Notes under the pieces: model-generated | The model's input: the letters and a program-made list of their open reading frames with translations, nothing else | What the model was told of the DNA's origin: nothing | Database searches by the model: none | Program-made: the position numbers and the translations under genes | DNA from: an uncultured Bacteroidia bacterium | GTDB lineage: Bacteria > Bacteroidota > Bacteroidia > Bacteroidales > F082 | Direction of reading: 5' to 3' | Length of the DNA: 64,000 nt | Assembly: GCA_902791165.1 (NCBI GenBank) | Contig: CADAVB010000008.1 | Coordinates: 12,512-76,511, forward strand | In this document: positions 16,479-25,744 of the stretch, piece after piece | Layout of the letters: every line of letters starts with the position of its first letter | Numbering within the stretch: the first letter of the stretch is position 1

Positions 16479-17651
16479 ATGGATAAAAAAATCAGCATTT
16501 TCTTTGCTGGCGATTTTTGTTCAAAACCTTCCACTTCGAAGATTTCCGTTTCCGACAAATTGAAGAGTTTGATACAGTCTTGCGATTTGAAAGTAGTGAA
16601 TTTTGAGGTTCCTTTGAATCCTAATAATACTTTATCACTACAGCAACGCGAACGGTTTTGGCAGAATGATGATGCACCATGTTTTCTTCGAAGTCTTGGT
16701 TTTAATTTGTTTTCCATCGCCAACAATCATGCCTTCGATTGGGGCGAAGAAGGCTTCAAGAAAACGAAAACGGCCCTAGGTGATGATGCCTTTGGGGCTG
16801 GCACATACGAAGAAGCCTATAAACCAAAGATTGTGGAAGTGGATGGGATAAAGATTGGATTCCTTGGCTTGTCGTTTGCTGCTTATACAGGCGTTTTTGA
16901 CGATATTACCAAACACGATGGATTGGGTTGCGCCTACATTAACGACCTCAAAGTGAACCATGTCATCATAGAGGCAAAAAAGGAAGTGGATTATCTTTTC
17001 GTTTTGCCGCACGACGGCATTGAATATATTGATATTCCGATGCCTGAAACCATTGCCCGTTATCGCGATTTCATCGACTATGGGGCTGATGGTGTAATTG
17101 CTGCCCATCCACATTGTCCGCAAGGATGGGAAGAATACAACGGAAAGCCTATTTTCTATAGTCTTGGCAACTTCCTTTTCAACAGCAAAGAAGGCTATGA
17201 GTATCGCGCCACCAATCGCCCGCATTGGTACGAAGGTCTTTGCGTTGTGATGACCCTTGGCGATGGAAAACTGACCTGGGAAGTGGTGAATACAAGGAAT
17301 GTGGATAATGTTGGAATCGAAATCGACCATGACGAAGCACGCAACAAGCACAATGAAACCATTTGCCAGTATTTGACCAACAAGGACAAATATAACTCAT
17401 ATCTGAAAAATATTTGTAATGATTTGGGTATGAGGGAGATACTTATTATTGACAAGACAATACATCCACAGTCATTGAAAGAGTGTACCAAGTTATTGCT
17501 TGCCTGTTGGAAAGACAAACTCATAGGGAAAAACAAGACTAACGACTATTCACTATTGCGCCTGCTCACCCATGACGCAAGGCGGAATCTGCTGATGTGG
17601 ACAATAAAAATAAATGAGACTAATAAACCATTGATATGTTTGGTAAATTAA
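16479..17651 (+). CDS. CapA-family protein, paralogue 3
   Basis: FAGDF, SIANNHAFDWGEEG, GAG, VLPHDGIEY, GADGVIAAHPHC, YSLGNFLFN. Confidence 0.8.
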   Translation: MDKKISIFFAGDFCSKPSTSKISVSDKLKSLIQSCDLKVVNFEVPLNPNNTLSLQQRERFWQNDDAPCFLRSLGFNLFSIANNHAFDWGEEGFKKTKTALGDDAFGAGTYEEAYKPKIVEVDGIKIGFLGLSFAAYTGVFDDITKHDGLGCAYINDLKVNHVIIEAKKEVDYLFVLPHDGIEYIDIPMPETIARYRDFIDYGADGVIAAHPHCPQGWEEYNGKPIFYSLGNFLFNSKEGYEYRATNRPHWYEGLCVVMTLGDGKLTWEVVNTRNVDNVGIEIDHDEARNKHNETICQYLTNKDKYNSYLKNICNDLGMREILIIDKTIHPQSLKECTKLLLACWKDKLIGKNKTNDYSLLRLLTHDARRNLLMWTIKINETNKPLICLVN

Positions 17652-18712
17652 GAAAACGGCTCGCCAAAAAGCGCGAGATGAAAAAATGGGAGGTGCGCAT
17701 TACCAAGAACTTTAAAGACTTGGAGCATCATCGCAAACTTACTAAAGAACAGGAAAAGGAAGTACAAGACTTCTATATGGATATGATTGGTAAGAAGGTC
17801 CCGCTCTATTGCCATGAGTATTTCTATTCGCGCACTGGGCACTTTACTAAAGAGTATGTTCCCAACAATATTTATCATTGTGAACTTGTACCGAAAGCCA
17901 ACCAACACCGCCTTCAGGGTGCTTTCGGTGACAAAAACATGTGCGACTTCCTATTTCCGGGAGAGAACATCGTTCATTCCATTCTGAAAAACATGAATGG
18001 CTATTATTATTTTGAGGGGAAGCCTGTCTCGGAAGAGGAAGCCGTTTCTCTGTGTCAAAATTTGGAAAAGGTTATTATCAAACCTTCGCGTCAGTCGGAA
18101 GGACACGGAGTACAGATGTTTAGTGCTAAAAATGGTGTAACAGACCTTAATGGGAAAACTGTAGCTCAATTGTTTAAGGAGTACAAGAAAGATTTTTTGG
18201 TACAGGATTGGGTACGGCAACATGAAGGAATGGCTGCGTTGAATCCTACTTCTGTGAACACTATGCGAATCCTGTCTTATCGTTCTGGTATGGAAGTGCT
18301 AATTATCTATTCAGTGGTTCGCATTGGACGTAATGGTTCGGTGGTCGACAACCAATGTGCCGGTGGAATCAGCACTACAATCGACAAGGAAGGTAGGCTG
18401 GGTAAAGAAGCTTTTGGCGGTTTTAGTACAGACAATATTGATAAGACGGACACAGGTATATTATTGGAAGGCTATCAATTGCCGTCCTACGACAAAGCCA
18501 TAGAGATGGTGAAACGTCTCCATTTGAAACTACCCTTCTTCAACCTTGTGGGTTGGGATGTGGCCATTCAAGAAAATGGTGAGCCTGTGCTTATTGAATT
18601 CAATACCAACCCTGGCTTGAGCCAATCGGCATTTAAGTCAGGCATGGGCGAATACACGGAGAGAATTATACGGGAACTTTGGCCGAGGCCGAATACACGT
18701 TTTTCTGATTAA
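17636..18712 (+). CDS. Sugar-transfer-associated ATP-grasp ligase, paralogue 4
   Basis: TSVNTMRILS, RIGRNGSVVDNQCAGGISTTIDKEG, GWDVAIQENGEPVLIEFN. It overlaps the CapA-3 stop by 16 nt. Confidence 0.8.
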   Translation: MFGKLRKRLAKKREMKKWEVRITKNFKDLEHHRKLTKEQEKEVQDFYMDMIGKKVPLYCHEYFYSRTGHFTKEYVPNNIYHCELVPKANQHRLQGAFGDKNMCDFLFPGENIVHSILKNMNGYYYFEGKPVSEEEAVSLCQNLEKVIIKPSRQSEGHGVQMFSAKNGVTDLNGKTVAQLFKEYKKDFLVQDWVRQHEGMAALNPTSVNTMRILSYRSGMEVLIIYSVVRIGRNGSVVDNQCAGGISTTIDKEGRLGKEAFGGFSTDNIDKTDTGILLEGYQLPSYDKAIEMVKRLHLKLPFFNLVGWDVAIQENGEPVLIEFNTNPGLSQSAFKSGMGEYTERIIRELWPRPNTRFSD

Positions 18713-18718
18713 GATGAT

Positions 18719-20545
18719 ATGCTTCGTAAAATAAGACACTATCTATTCTCCATTTACTATTTGGCATTAGTGTTTGTTTTGTGCTTTTGTAAAAAAGATT
18801 CACAATATACGAAAGGACTCGAAACAAATGCAGACGGGGTGGAAGCCTACGTTGAGGCCTTGAATGAGAATATCAAGAATTTGCAGCAACTGGTACAATT
18901 ATATTCTAATGGGCAGAGTTTGATTACCCGTTTCGATTATGATAAGAAAGAGGATTCGTATCGTTTCACATTCACATCAGGAGAAGTGTTGCGATTTTCC
19001 AATATGAAGACTTTTCCCGATTTTGATTGTCCATTGGTTTCTGTAGTTTTGGACGATAGCGTGTATTTGTGGACAATCAATGACGACTTGGCTAGAGATG
19101 GCGAAAAACATCCTATTGAGGTCAATGGCTCCAATTGTTTGCCTCAATTGAAGTTTTCTGATGGAACTTGGTATTGGCAAACAAACACAATAGACTATTA
19201 CACTATCACCAATACCAAAAAGGAATCCAAGCCCTTTTTCTGTTTTGAAACGGACGAAGGTTGCATCATCTTGGTTTTGCCGACGGAGTGCGCATTTATC
19301 CTTCCTATTTATGATGAGATTACAAACGTTTGTGCATACATCCCCAACAAGGCTTTTTACAAAAACGTGTTTTTGGATGCTGGCATTGGACTCACCTCGA
19401 GAAAGAATTTGGCTGCGGTGACCCATCTTGGTCTTTCGTTGGAATGTATGAGCTTCTCGTCACAAGCAGATAAAGAACTTCAGAACCAGATTGTTGAGGG
19501 GGAAACGACCGATTTGAACGGCCGCCTTTTGTATCCTGATTGGCAACCAAGATACCAATTGTTGTTTGTCAATGGAGGTAATGCCAAGACCCACGCAAAG
19601 TCATTGACCGAAGGTGCACGGCGCAATATGCAACAATTTAATTGGTCTGGAGGCAGCTATATTGGAACTTGCGCAGGAGCTTTTTTTGCTTCTTATGGCG
19701 CTTATGGGCCAACGATCAATGCGGATTATTTAAATATTTGGCCACAATTTGTAAGACGCACACATTTGTCGCAAACTCAAACTGGATTTATCATAGAACC
19801 AAACTCTCCGTTGTTGGACTATTATGATTTTGGAGGCGATATGTATGTTGGGAATGTTCGCCATAATGGAGGCTGTTTCCCTATGGATCTTCCTCAGAAT
19901 GGCGAAGTTTTGGCCCGTTACGATTATCCCGAACTAGATTCGATGCATCTACAGCCTTCGGCATGGGCCTACAAAAACGGTCCATTTATGGGGAGGGTTA
20001 TCCAAATAGGCTCTCATCCCGAAGAAGTTAGCACTGGGGAAAGGAGAGATTTTACTGCGGCTTCCGTATTGTATGCTATTGATGGATGCGGAAAAACAAA
20101 GACTAAAGGTGTTCTACAAAACGGAGTGGGGCGTTTTATGAACAAATCCACAGAAGACAAGGATCCAGACTATACTATGATAGGAGATCTTCAATGCCAT
20201 CATTTTTGCGTTTATATTCCAAAAAACGCAAGCGACATTATTTTTAAATTGCAATGCGATTGGGACGTTGACTTTTCTTTGATGATTAATAAAGGATCTG
20301 CCGCTTATGAAGAAAGTGCCCAATACGTTTCTTCCGCTGTAGGGGCAAACAAAACTTTGAGATTCTCTAAATTAAGTTCGGGATGGTGGTATGTGGGAGT
20401 GAAGTGTAATACAACAGTTACTATCTCCGAAACAGATTGGGGCCAAGAATACACTGGACGAACGGATGTGCTCAATGGTGTCCCATACAGCATAAAAGTG
20501 AATTGGAGCACTTTGGTTGAGCAGTCTTACTTAAACAAAAAATAG
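18719..20545 (+). CDS. Secreted/lipoprotein candidate with a class-I glutamine-amidotransferase-like (BPL_N-like) domain and a C-terminal PPC-type beta-sandwich
   Basis: N-terminal hydrophobic signal ending ...VLCFCKKDS. Nucleophile-elbow-like GGSYIGTCAGAFFAS. The C-terminal GDLQCHHFCVYIP...WDVDFSLMIN...GWWYVGVKC resembles pre-peptidase C-terminal domains. Confidence 0.5.
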   Translation: MLRKIRHYLFSIYYLALVFVLCFCKKDSQYTKGLETNADGVEAYVEALNENIKNLQQLVQLYSNGQSLITRFDYDKKEDSYRFTFTSGEVLRFSNMKTFPDFDCPLVSVVLDDSVYLWTINDDLARDGEKHPIEVNGSNCLPQLKFSDGTWYWQTNTIDYYTITNTKKESKPFFCFETDEGCIILVLPTECAFILPIYDEITNVCAYIPNKAFYKNVFLDAGIGLTSRKNLAAVTHLGLSLECMSFSSQADKELQNQIVEGETTDLNGRLLYPDWQPRYQLLFVNGGNAKTHAKSLTEGARRNMQQFNWSGGSYIGTCAGAFFASYGAYGPTINADYLNIWPQFVRRTHLSQTQTGFIIEPNSPLLDYYDFGGDMYVGNVRHNGGCFPMDLPQNGEVLARYDYPELDSMHLQPSAWAYKNGPFMGRVIQIGSHPEEVSTGERRDFTAASVLYAIDGCGKTKTKGVLQNGVGRFMNKSTEDKDPDYTMIGDLQCHHFCVYIPKNASDIIFKLQCDWDVDFSLMINKGSAAYEESAQYVSSAVGANKTLRFSKLSSGWWYVGVKCNTTVTISETDWGQEYTGRTDVLNGVPYSIKVNWSTLVEQSYLNKK

Positions 20546-20546
20546 A

Positions 20547-21140
20547 ATGGCAAGTCAAGAAATTCAAATCACGGAAAAGCCCGAGTGGGTTTCTTGGGAT
20601 GATATTCACGAAGTTTTGTGGCAGGCACATTCCAAGAACCGAGAAGAAGGGGTTGTCATGCGTTATCCATCGCTGCCTGGTGAAGAGATTCGGAAAAGAG
20701 TCGAGGGAAAAGGAAAGATGTTTGTAGCCATTTTGAGCGAAAAACTGATAGGTACTTCAGCAGTTATTTTCAAGGACAAGTCTCTTTGGTGTGGAAAAGG
20801 GAAATACGCATATTGTTGTTTCGATTCGGTATTGCCCCAGTTGCAAGGTACGGGCGTTTACAGGAAACTATGTCAAAAAAGGGAAGAGTTCGTAAAAAAC
20901 GAGGGCGTTTCACGAATGCTGTTAGACACGAATGAGTCCAATAACCGAGAAAAAATCGTTGTTGTCAAAGCAGGCTTTAAACCTGTTGATTTGGTTTGGT
21001 GGACAGATCATTACAATGTCGTTTTTGTCAAGTGGCTTAATGGCTGTCCGCTCTCGGATTTCAGGTGTAAGTTAGGTTTTTCAGTGAGGAAAATAATGGT
21101 GAAAACCAAACGGTTTATTAAAACATTGTTCAAGGGTTAA
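20547..21140 (+). CDS. GNAT-family N-acetyltransferase
   Basis: Acetyl-CoA-binding motif LPQLQGTGVYRKL, GNAT-like length and beta-strand pattern. Confidence 0.65.
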   Translation: MASQEIQITEKPEWVSWDDIHEVLWQAHSKNREEGVVMRYPSLPGEEIRKRVEGKGKMFVAILSEKLIGTSAVIFKDKSLWCGKGKYAYCCFDSVLPQLQGTGVYRKLCQKREEFVKNEGVSRMLLDTNESNNREKIVVVKAGFKPVDLVWWTDHYNVVFVKWLNGCPLSDFRCKLGFSVRKIMVKTKRFIKTLFKG

Positions 21141-21142
21141 TT

Positions 21143-22378
21143 ATGAAACAGAAAGTTGTTATCATAGGTCATGGGTATACTTCCCGCTTGGGGATTATCC
21201 GTTCGTTGGCAGCGTTGGATTGTGAAATCACGGTTATAGCCATGGTGTTCCATGATTGGCTGGGGCGGTATGTGCGATTTAATTGGAGAATGCCTATAGA
21301 TTGCTATAGCAAGCATGTCGATAGAATGTTTTATTGTTATGCTAAGGACGGTGCTGTTCTAATCGATTTATTACTGAAAAATTGTTCGGATACTCATCAA
21401 AAAGTAATTATTATTCCTGATAGCGATTTTTCTGCGGAAGTCATCGACAAGAATCAGGACCGGCTGAAAGAGCATTTCTTGTTTCCACATATCAACCATA
21501 CTCCTGGAGCTGTGGGGCATTGGATGCACAAGACGGTGCAAAAAAAACTGGCATTGGAAATTGGGCTTAACGTAACGCAGGATTGTACCGTTACGGTGAA
21601 AGGAGGACACTATTCCATGCCTAAAGGAATTCATTATCCTTGTTTCACCAAGCCCCTTGCTACCATTAGCGGTGGAAAGCAATTTCTCAAACGCTGCGAC
21701 AACGAGATTGAACTATGCAAGGTGTTAGAAAAGGCAAGCCGGCAATTCCCAAACACAGAAGTGTTGGTTGAGGATTTTAAGGTTATCGGAACAGAGTATG
21801 CAGTAGTTGGATTTTCGGATGGAACCAATATCATCATCCCGGGTGTGATTGAGTTTATTGTGAACAGTAAGAGCCATTTTGGCATTGCACGTGAAGGGAA
21901 AATCATGCCCATCAGTGGTTTTGAGCCGCTCTTGGATCAATTCAAGACATTTGTTCGCAGGGTAGGGTTCTTTGGCTTGTTCGATATTGATTTTTATGAA
22001 AGTGATGGAGAGATGTATTTCGGCGAAATGAACCTCCGGTTTGGCGGCAGCGGTTATGCCTATACAGCAATGGGCGTAAACCTTCCTGCTATGCTGGTGC
22101 TTGCACTTCGTGGAGAAAACATAGCGGAAATGCCACAGCAAGTGACGGCAACTGCCACCTATGTCAACGAGAGGATGTGTTTGGATGATTATTTTCATGG
22201 TTATATCAATGAAAAAGAATACCATAATATCATACAAGCAGCAGATATACAATTCGTTGACGATGAAAACGACCCGAATCCAAGTAAGAATTTGCAAAAA
22301 GAATTCTTCAAAATCAGACTGAAGCGGATACGTTTGCAAATAAAAAAGAAATTTAAAAAATTGGGGGGGTATGGATAA
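21143..22378 (+). CDS. ATP-grasp carboxylate-amine ligase (COG3919-like)
   Basis: N-terminal pre-ATP-grasp Rossmann-like KVVIIGHGYTSRLGIIRSL, central YPCFTKPL...LVEDF, C-terminal FDIDFYESDGEMYFGEMNLRFGGSG. Confidence 0.7.
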   Translation: MKQKVVIIGHGYTSRLGIIRSLAALDCEITVIAMVFHDWLGRYVRFNWRMPIDCYSKHVDRMFYCYAKDGAVLIDLLLKNCSDTHQKVIIIPDSDFSAEVIDKNQDRLKEHFLFPHINHTPGAVGHWMHKTVQKKLALEIGLNVTQDCTVTVKGGHYSMPKGIHYPCFTKPLATISGGKQFLKRCDNEIELCKVLEKASRQFPNTEVLVEDFKVIGTEYAVVGFSDGTNIIIPGVIEFIVNSKSHFGIAREGKIMPISGFEPLLDQFKTFVRRVGFFGLFDIDFYESDGEMYFGEMNLRFGGSGYAYTAMGVNLPAMLVLALRGENIAEMPQQVTATATYVNERMCLDDYFHGYINEKEYHNIIQAADIQFVDDENDPNPSKNLQKEFFKIRLKRIRLQIKKKFKKLGGYG

Positions 22379-23225
22379 CCGTATTCAAAAAGAAAAATAT
22401 AAGGAGAAAATACTTGGTGTACTAAAATATAGCATCAAGTTTTTTGAAAAACATGACATCCGTTGGTTTATTGCCTGTGGTTCTGCTATCGGTGCTGTAC
22501 GACATAAGGGAATCATCCCTTGGGACGACGACATAGATTTATATATGCCACGCGCCGATTATAACAAACTCATTTCTGTTCGTGACGAGATGCTTAAAGA
22601 TGGATTTCGTTTTGTTTATTTGAAAGACGAGGGCTATCCGTATGCTTTTGGAAAAGTTATGGATAACAACACCACTTTATGGCAAGAGCGTAGATTCCCA
22701 TTCAATGTGGGTTGTTATGTTGATATTTTCCCGTTGGATTTGACCGATATAGGAATGATGTCGTATAGCAAAAAATGGCGGGCTTTTCGCGATTTGTTTT
22801 CATTATACAGGGTGAAGGTTTCAAAGGTGTCGTTCAGAGGTATTGTTGACGATATTAAAACTCAAAAAGTAAATACACTCCGCCTTATTCCAGCTAAAGT
22901 TTTCTTGATGTTTAAAAGTAAACAGCAAATCCTGAATGAATTGTTAGAAAAGGAGGCTTTATGGAATAAGAAAGCGGGGGATAGATATGTCTCTTTTACA
23001 GAAGCGGGAATGTACATGTTTCCAAAAGACTGGTTTGAAGATTTTGTAATTGTGCCTTTTGAAAACTTGGAGGTTAGAATTTCCGCTAAATATGATGAGT
23101 ATCTAACATATATGTATGGCGATTATATGACACCTCCACCGGAAGAACAAAGGAAAGGAGATGGTCCCCATGGAAAGGTTTATGTGAATTTGGAACAGAA
23201 CATACCACTTTCTAACATCAAATAA
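22371..23225 (+). CDS. licD: LicD-family phosphotransferase
   Basis: ACGSAIGAVRHKGIIPWDDDIDLYMPRADY is the LicD signature. Confidence 0.85.
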   Translation: MDNRIQKEKYKEKILGVLKYSIKFFEKHDIRWFIACGSAIGAVRHKGIIPWDDDIDLYMPRADYNKLISVRDEMLKDGFRFVYLKDEGYPYAFGKVMDNNTTLWQERRFPFNVGCYVDIFPLDLTDIGMMSYSKKWRAFRDLFSLYRVKVSKVSFRGIVDDIKTQKVNTLRLIPAKVFLMFKSKQQILNELLEKEALWNKKAGDRYVSFTEAGMYMFPKDWFEDFVIVPFENLEVRISAKYDEYLTYMYGDYMTPPPEEQRKGDGPHGKVYVNLEQNIPLSNIK

Positions 23226-23231
23226 AAAAAC

Positions 23232-24335
23232 ATGAAAAAGTTGCTATTTATTTTACCAGCGCTTCCCGATTATGAGCCCTATGTGTTCAATTATTTCAGA
23301 ATCGCTGAAGAAAACACTATAAGTTATGATGTTGTTTGCTGGAATAGGAAAGGTGAAAAAGTAGAATTGCCAGATAATTATTTGGTATATCAGCATCCAA
23401 CTAATGACGCATATTCGAAATTAAAAAAAATCAAAGAAATATATGGGTTTTACCGTTTTGTCAGAAAAACAATACTAGGAAAAGAATACCAAACTATTTT
23501 TACTTTTACCATAGCGGATTCAGTTTTTTTTACATCTTTTCTAACACACAAATACAAAGGTCGCTATGTTTTCGATATAAGGGATTATTCTCCGATGATT
23601 AAGAATCGTTTTTTTTATACGAGAATAAAACGTTTAATACGCAATTCGGCTTGTAATGTTATATCTTCAGAAGGATTCAAAGCTTGGTTGCCTGATCAGT
23701 ATAGATATATTGTGTGTCATAATACAGATGTAGAAAAAATAAAACAATCAACAGTGTCACATAAAGTAGAAACCAACCCCAAAGAACTGACGGTATTAAC
23801 TATTGGCTCAATAAGAAATATTGCTACAAACCAAAGAGTTATTGATGCTCTTTCTAATAAAAAGGATATAAAGCTTCGTTTTGTTGGAGATGGTATGGGC
23901 GCACCAGTTTTAAAGCTGTATTGCGAAGAGAACCGTTATAACAACATAGAGTTCTATGGCCGATATAAAAAAACAGAAGAAGACGGTTTTGTAATGGAAA
24001 GTGATTTTATAAATATTCTGTTACCTCGTTGCGCCAATAGTGATTATGTTATGGCAAATCGTTTTTATCTTTCCGCTTTATTCCGGAAGCCGATGATTGT
24101 CAACGAAGGCTGCTTTCAGGCAGAGCAAGCAAAAAAATATGGTCTTGGATTGGTGGTTGCCGATATTGATAATTTGTATGAAACGCTTGTTTCATATTGG
24201 GAAAACCTTGATTGGAATCAATATGATGCTAATTGTTCAAGGTTTTTGGATGTTGTTTTTGATGAAATGCAGGTGTTTAAGGATACTATCAAAAAAATAA
24301 TGATAAGGGAAATCATAGCAGACAGTTTTAATTGA
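23232..24335 (+). CDS. Glycosyltransferase (GT-B fold, GT4-like)
   Basis: The C-terminal half (LTIGSIRN...LRFVGDG...FYGRY...ESDFINILL...MANRFYLSALFRKPMIV) has GT-B donor-domain organisation. The assignment is weak. Confidence 0.5.
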   Translation: MKKLLFILPALPDYEPYVFNYFRIAEENTISYDVVCWNRKGEKVELPDNYLVYQHPTNDAYSKLKKIKEIYGFYRFVRKTILGKEYQTIFTFTIADSVFFTSFLTHKYKGRYVFDIRDYSPMIKNRFFYTRIKRLIRNSACNVISSEGFKAWLPDQYRYIVCHNTDVEKIKQSTVSHKVETNPKELTVLTIGSIRNIATNQRVIDALSNKKDIKLRFVGDGMGAPVLKLYCEENRYNNIEFYGRYKKTEEDGFVMESDFINILLPRCANSDYVMANRFYLSALFRKPMIVNEGCFQAEQAKKYGLGLVVADIDNLYETLVSYWENLDWNQYDANCSRFLDVVFDEMQVFKDTIKKIMIREIIADSFN

Positions 24336-24344
24336 TCGAGAAAC

Positions 24345-25526
24345 ATGTTGTTTTCAAATAATTTTATAAAAAACATAAGGGATTTATTGTTGTATCTCTT
24401 GTTGTTTGCTTCGGCTATTTCATATCATCCAACGATTGTTAGGATGAGTCATTTAGCTGGATATGAAAGCGGAACGATTCTTTCAAGGTATATTGTTGTG
24501 CTATTTGGGGTGGTATTGTTTTTGTCATTGAATACAAAAGCATTCAAAAACTCGAAATTAGTTAAGAAATACGTTTTTTGGTTATTTGTCATTTTTGTTG
24601 TAGGATTAATAGTACTCACTTTCTTCAACAACAAAAGAATGATAAACGAACTCCGAACATTTCTTATCGTACTTGGTGCTATTATGATAGGTTACGATTT
24701 AAGAGTAAATGATCAAACGAAATATATCCTTGTTCTAGCTTTTTGTTTGCCAACATTGTTTTCAGGATTAATGCAAGTATTGGTTAACGTAGGAGGTTTC
24801 CAAATTATGGATCAGTATTTGACAGATAGTAAAAACGCACTTGGTGCTATGTTAGCGACATCATGTTTTTCTCTGTTTTATTTGTCTCGTTCAAGTAATC
24901 GACTATCTTTTCGTGGAGTACTGCTGTTTTTAGCTATACTCGCATTAGTTATCATTATTACCATTCGTGCAAGAATGGCGATGCTGTCCCTTTTTATGAT
25001 AGGTGTTTTTTACTACTATCTGTTAAAAAGAAATGGCAGTTTTATTATTAGCCTAGTAGTAATAGGGGTTGTGGCTTTCTTTGCTATTTTGTTATTACCC
25101 GATTCAATATTTAGATACTTTGAATCAAGTTTTACGGCAGGTTCGCAAGGAGGGGATATTTCATCGGGAAGGTTTGGAACATATGAGGAAGCTATATCTT
25201 ATCTGTCTTTTCATCCATTTTTAGGTGATATACTAAGAGAAAATCAAATTAGTTGGATACATAACTATCTTTTGTTAAAGCTTTATAATTTTGGCGTTTT
25301 GTTCTCTTGGCCGATAATCATTCTTTACTTTATTATCATTTTTAGAGCAGCCAAGAATTCATTTCGTTTTCATCCCGCAAGTGTAGAATGTTATGGTTCT
25401 GTTTGTCTGCTAATACCATTTTTTATTTCACTTGCCGAGCCAACATTTCCTTTTGGGCCAGGAACAGTTACTGTTTTTAATTTTATTTTGTTAGGGATGT
25501 CGGAGCAATCTATTCGCAATGCATAA
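24345..25526 (+). CDS. wzy: O-antigen polymerase / ligase-like membrane protein (Wzy)
   Basis: About 10 TM segments and a large loop with the IRARMAM motif region. Its position in the locus is typical of Wzy. Confidence 0.6.
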   Translation: MLFSNNFIKNIRDLLLYLLLFASAISYHPTIVRMSHLAGYESGTILSRYIVVLFGVVLFLSLNTKAFKNSKLVKKYVFWLFVIFVVGLIVLTFFNNKRMINELRTFLIVLGAIMIGYDLRVNDQTKYILVLAFCLPTLFSGLMQVLVNVGGFQIMDQYLTDSKNALGAMLATSCFSLFYLSRSSNRLSFRGVLLFLAILALVIIITIRARMAMLSLFMIGVFYYYLLKRNGSFIISLVVIGVVAFFAILLLPDSIFRYFESSFTAGSQGGDISSGRFGTYEEAISYLSFHPFLGDILRENQISWIHNYLLLKLYNFGVLFSWPIIILYFIIIFRAAKNSFRFHPASVECYGSVCLLIPFFISLAEPTFPFGPGTVTVFNFILLGMSEQSIRNA

Positions 25527-25744
25527 ATCATTTATTATTTATGTGTTTGTAATTATGGGTAGTCTCCTTTTTCCTCACCAAATCCAATGTCATCGAATTG
25601 AACACGTATGGCATATATAGAAACCCAATTCGGAAGTTTCGCTATGATGAAAAGACGAGGTTTATCCACAAACGCCGAGGCATCCCAACCAGAGGTATAA
25701 GAAAAATGGTTAAAGAGATAGCCCAATAAAACCACAATTTAATT

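Noticed and set aside
25527-25744. 218-bp gap between wzy and the GT4 gene containing a 60-codon minus-strand ORF (25553-25735)
   Set aside because: It has no recognisable motif, is antisense to a co-directional operon, and is too short to support. It may be a gene remnant or an internal promoter region, but I cannot show either.
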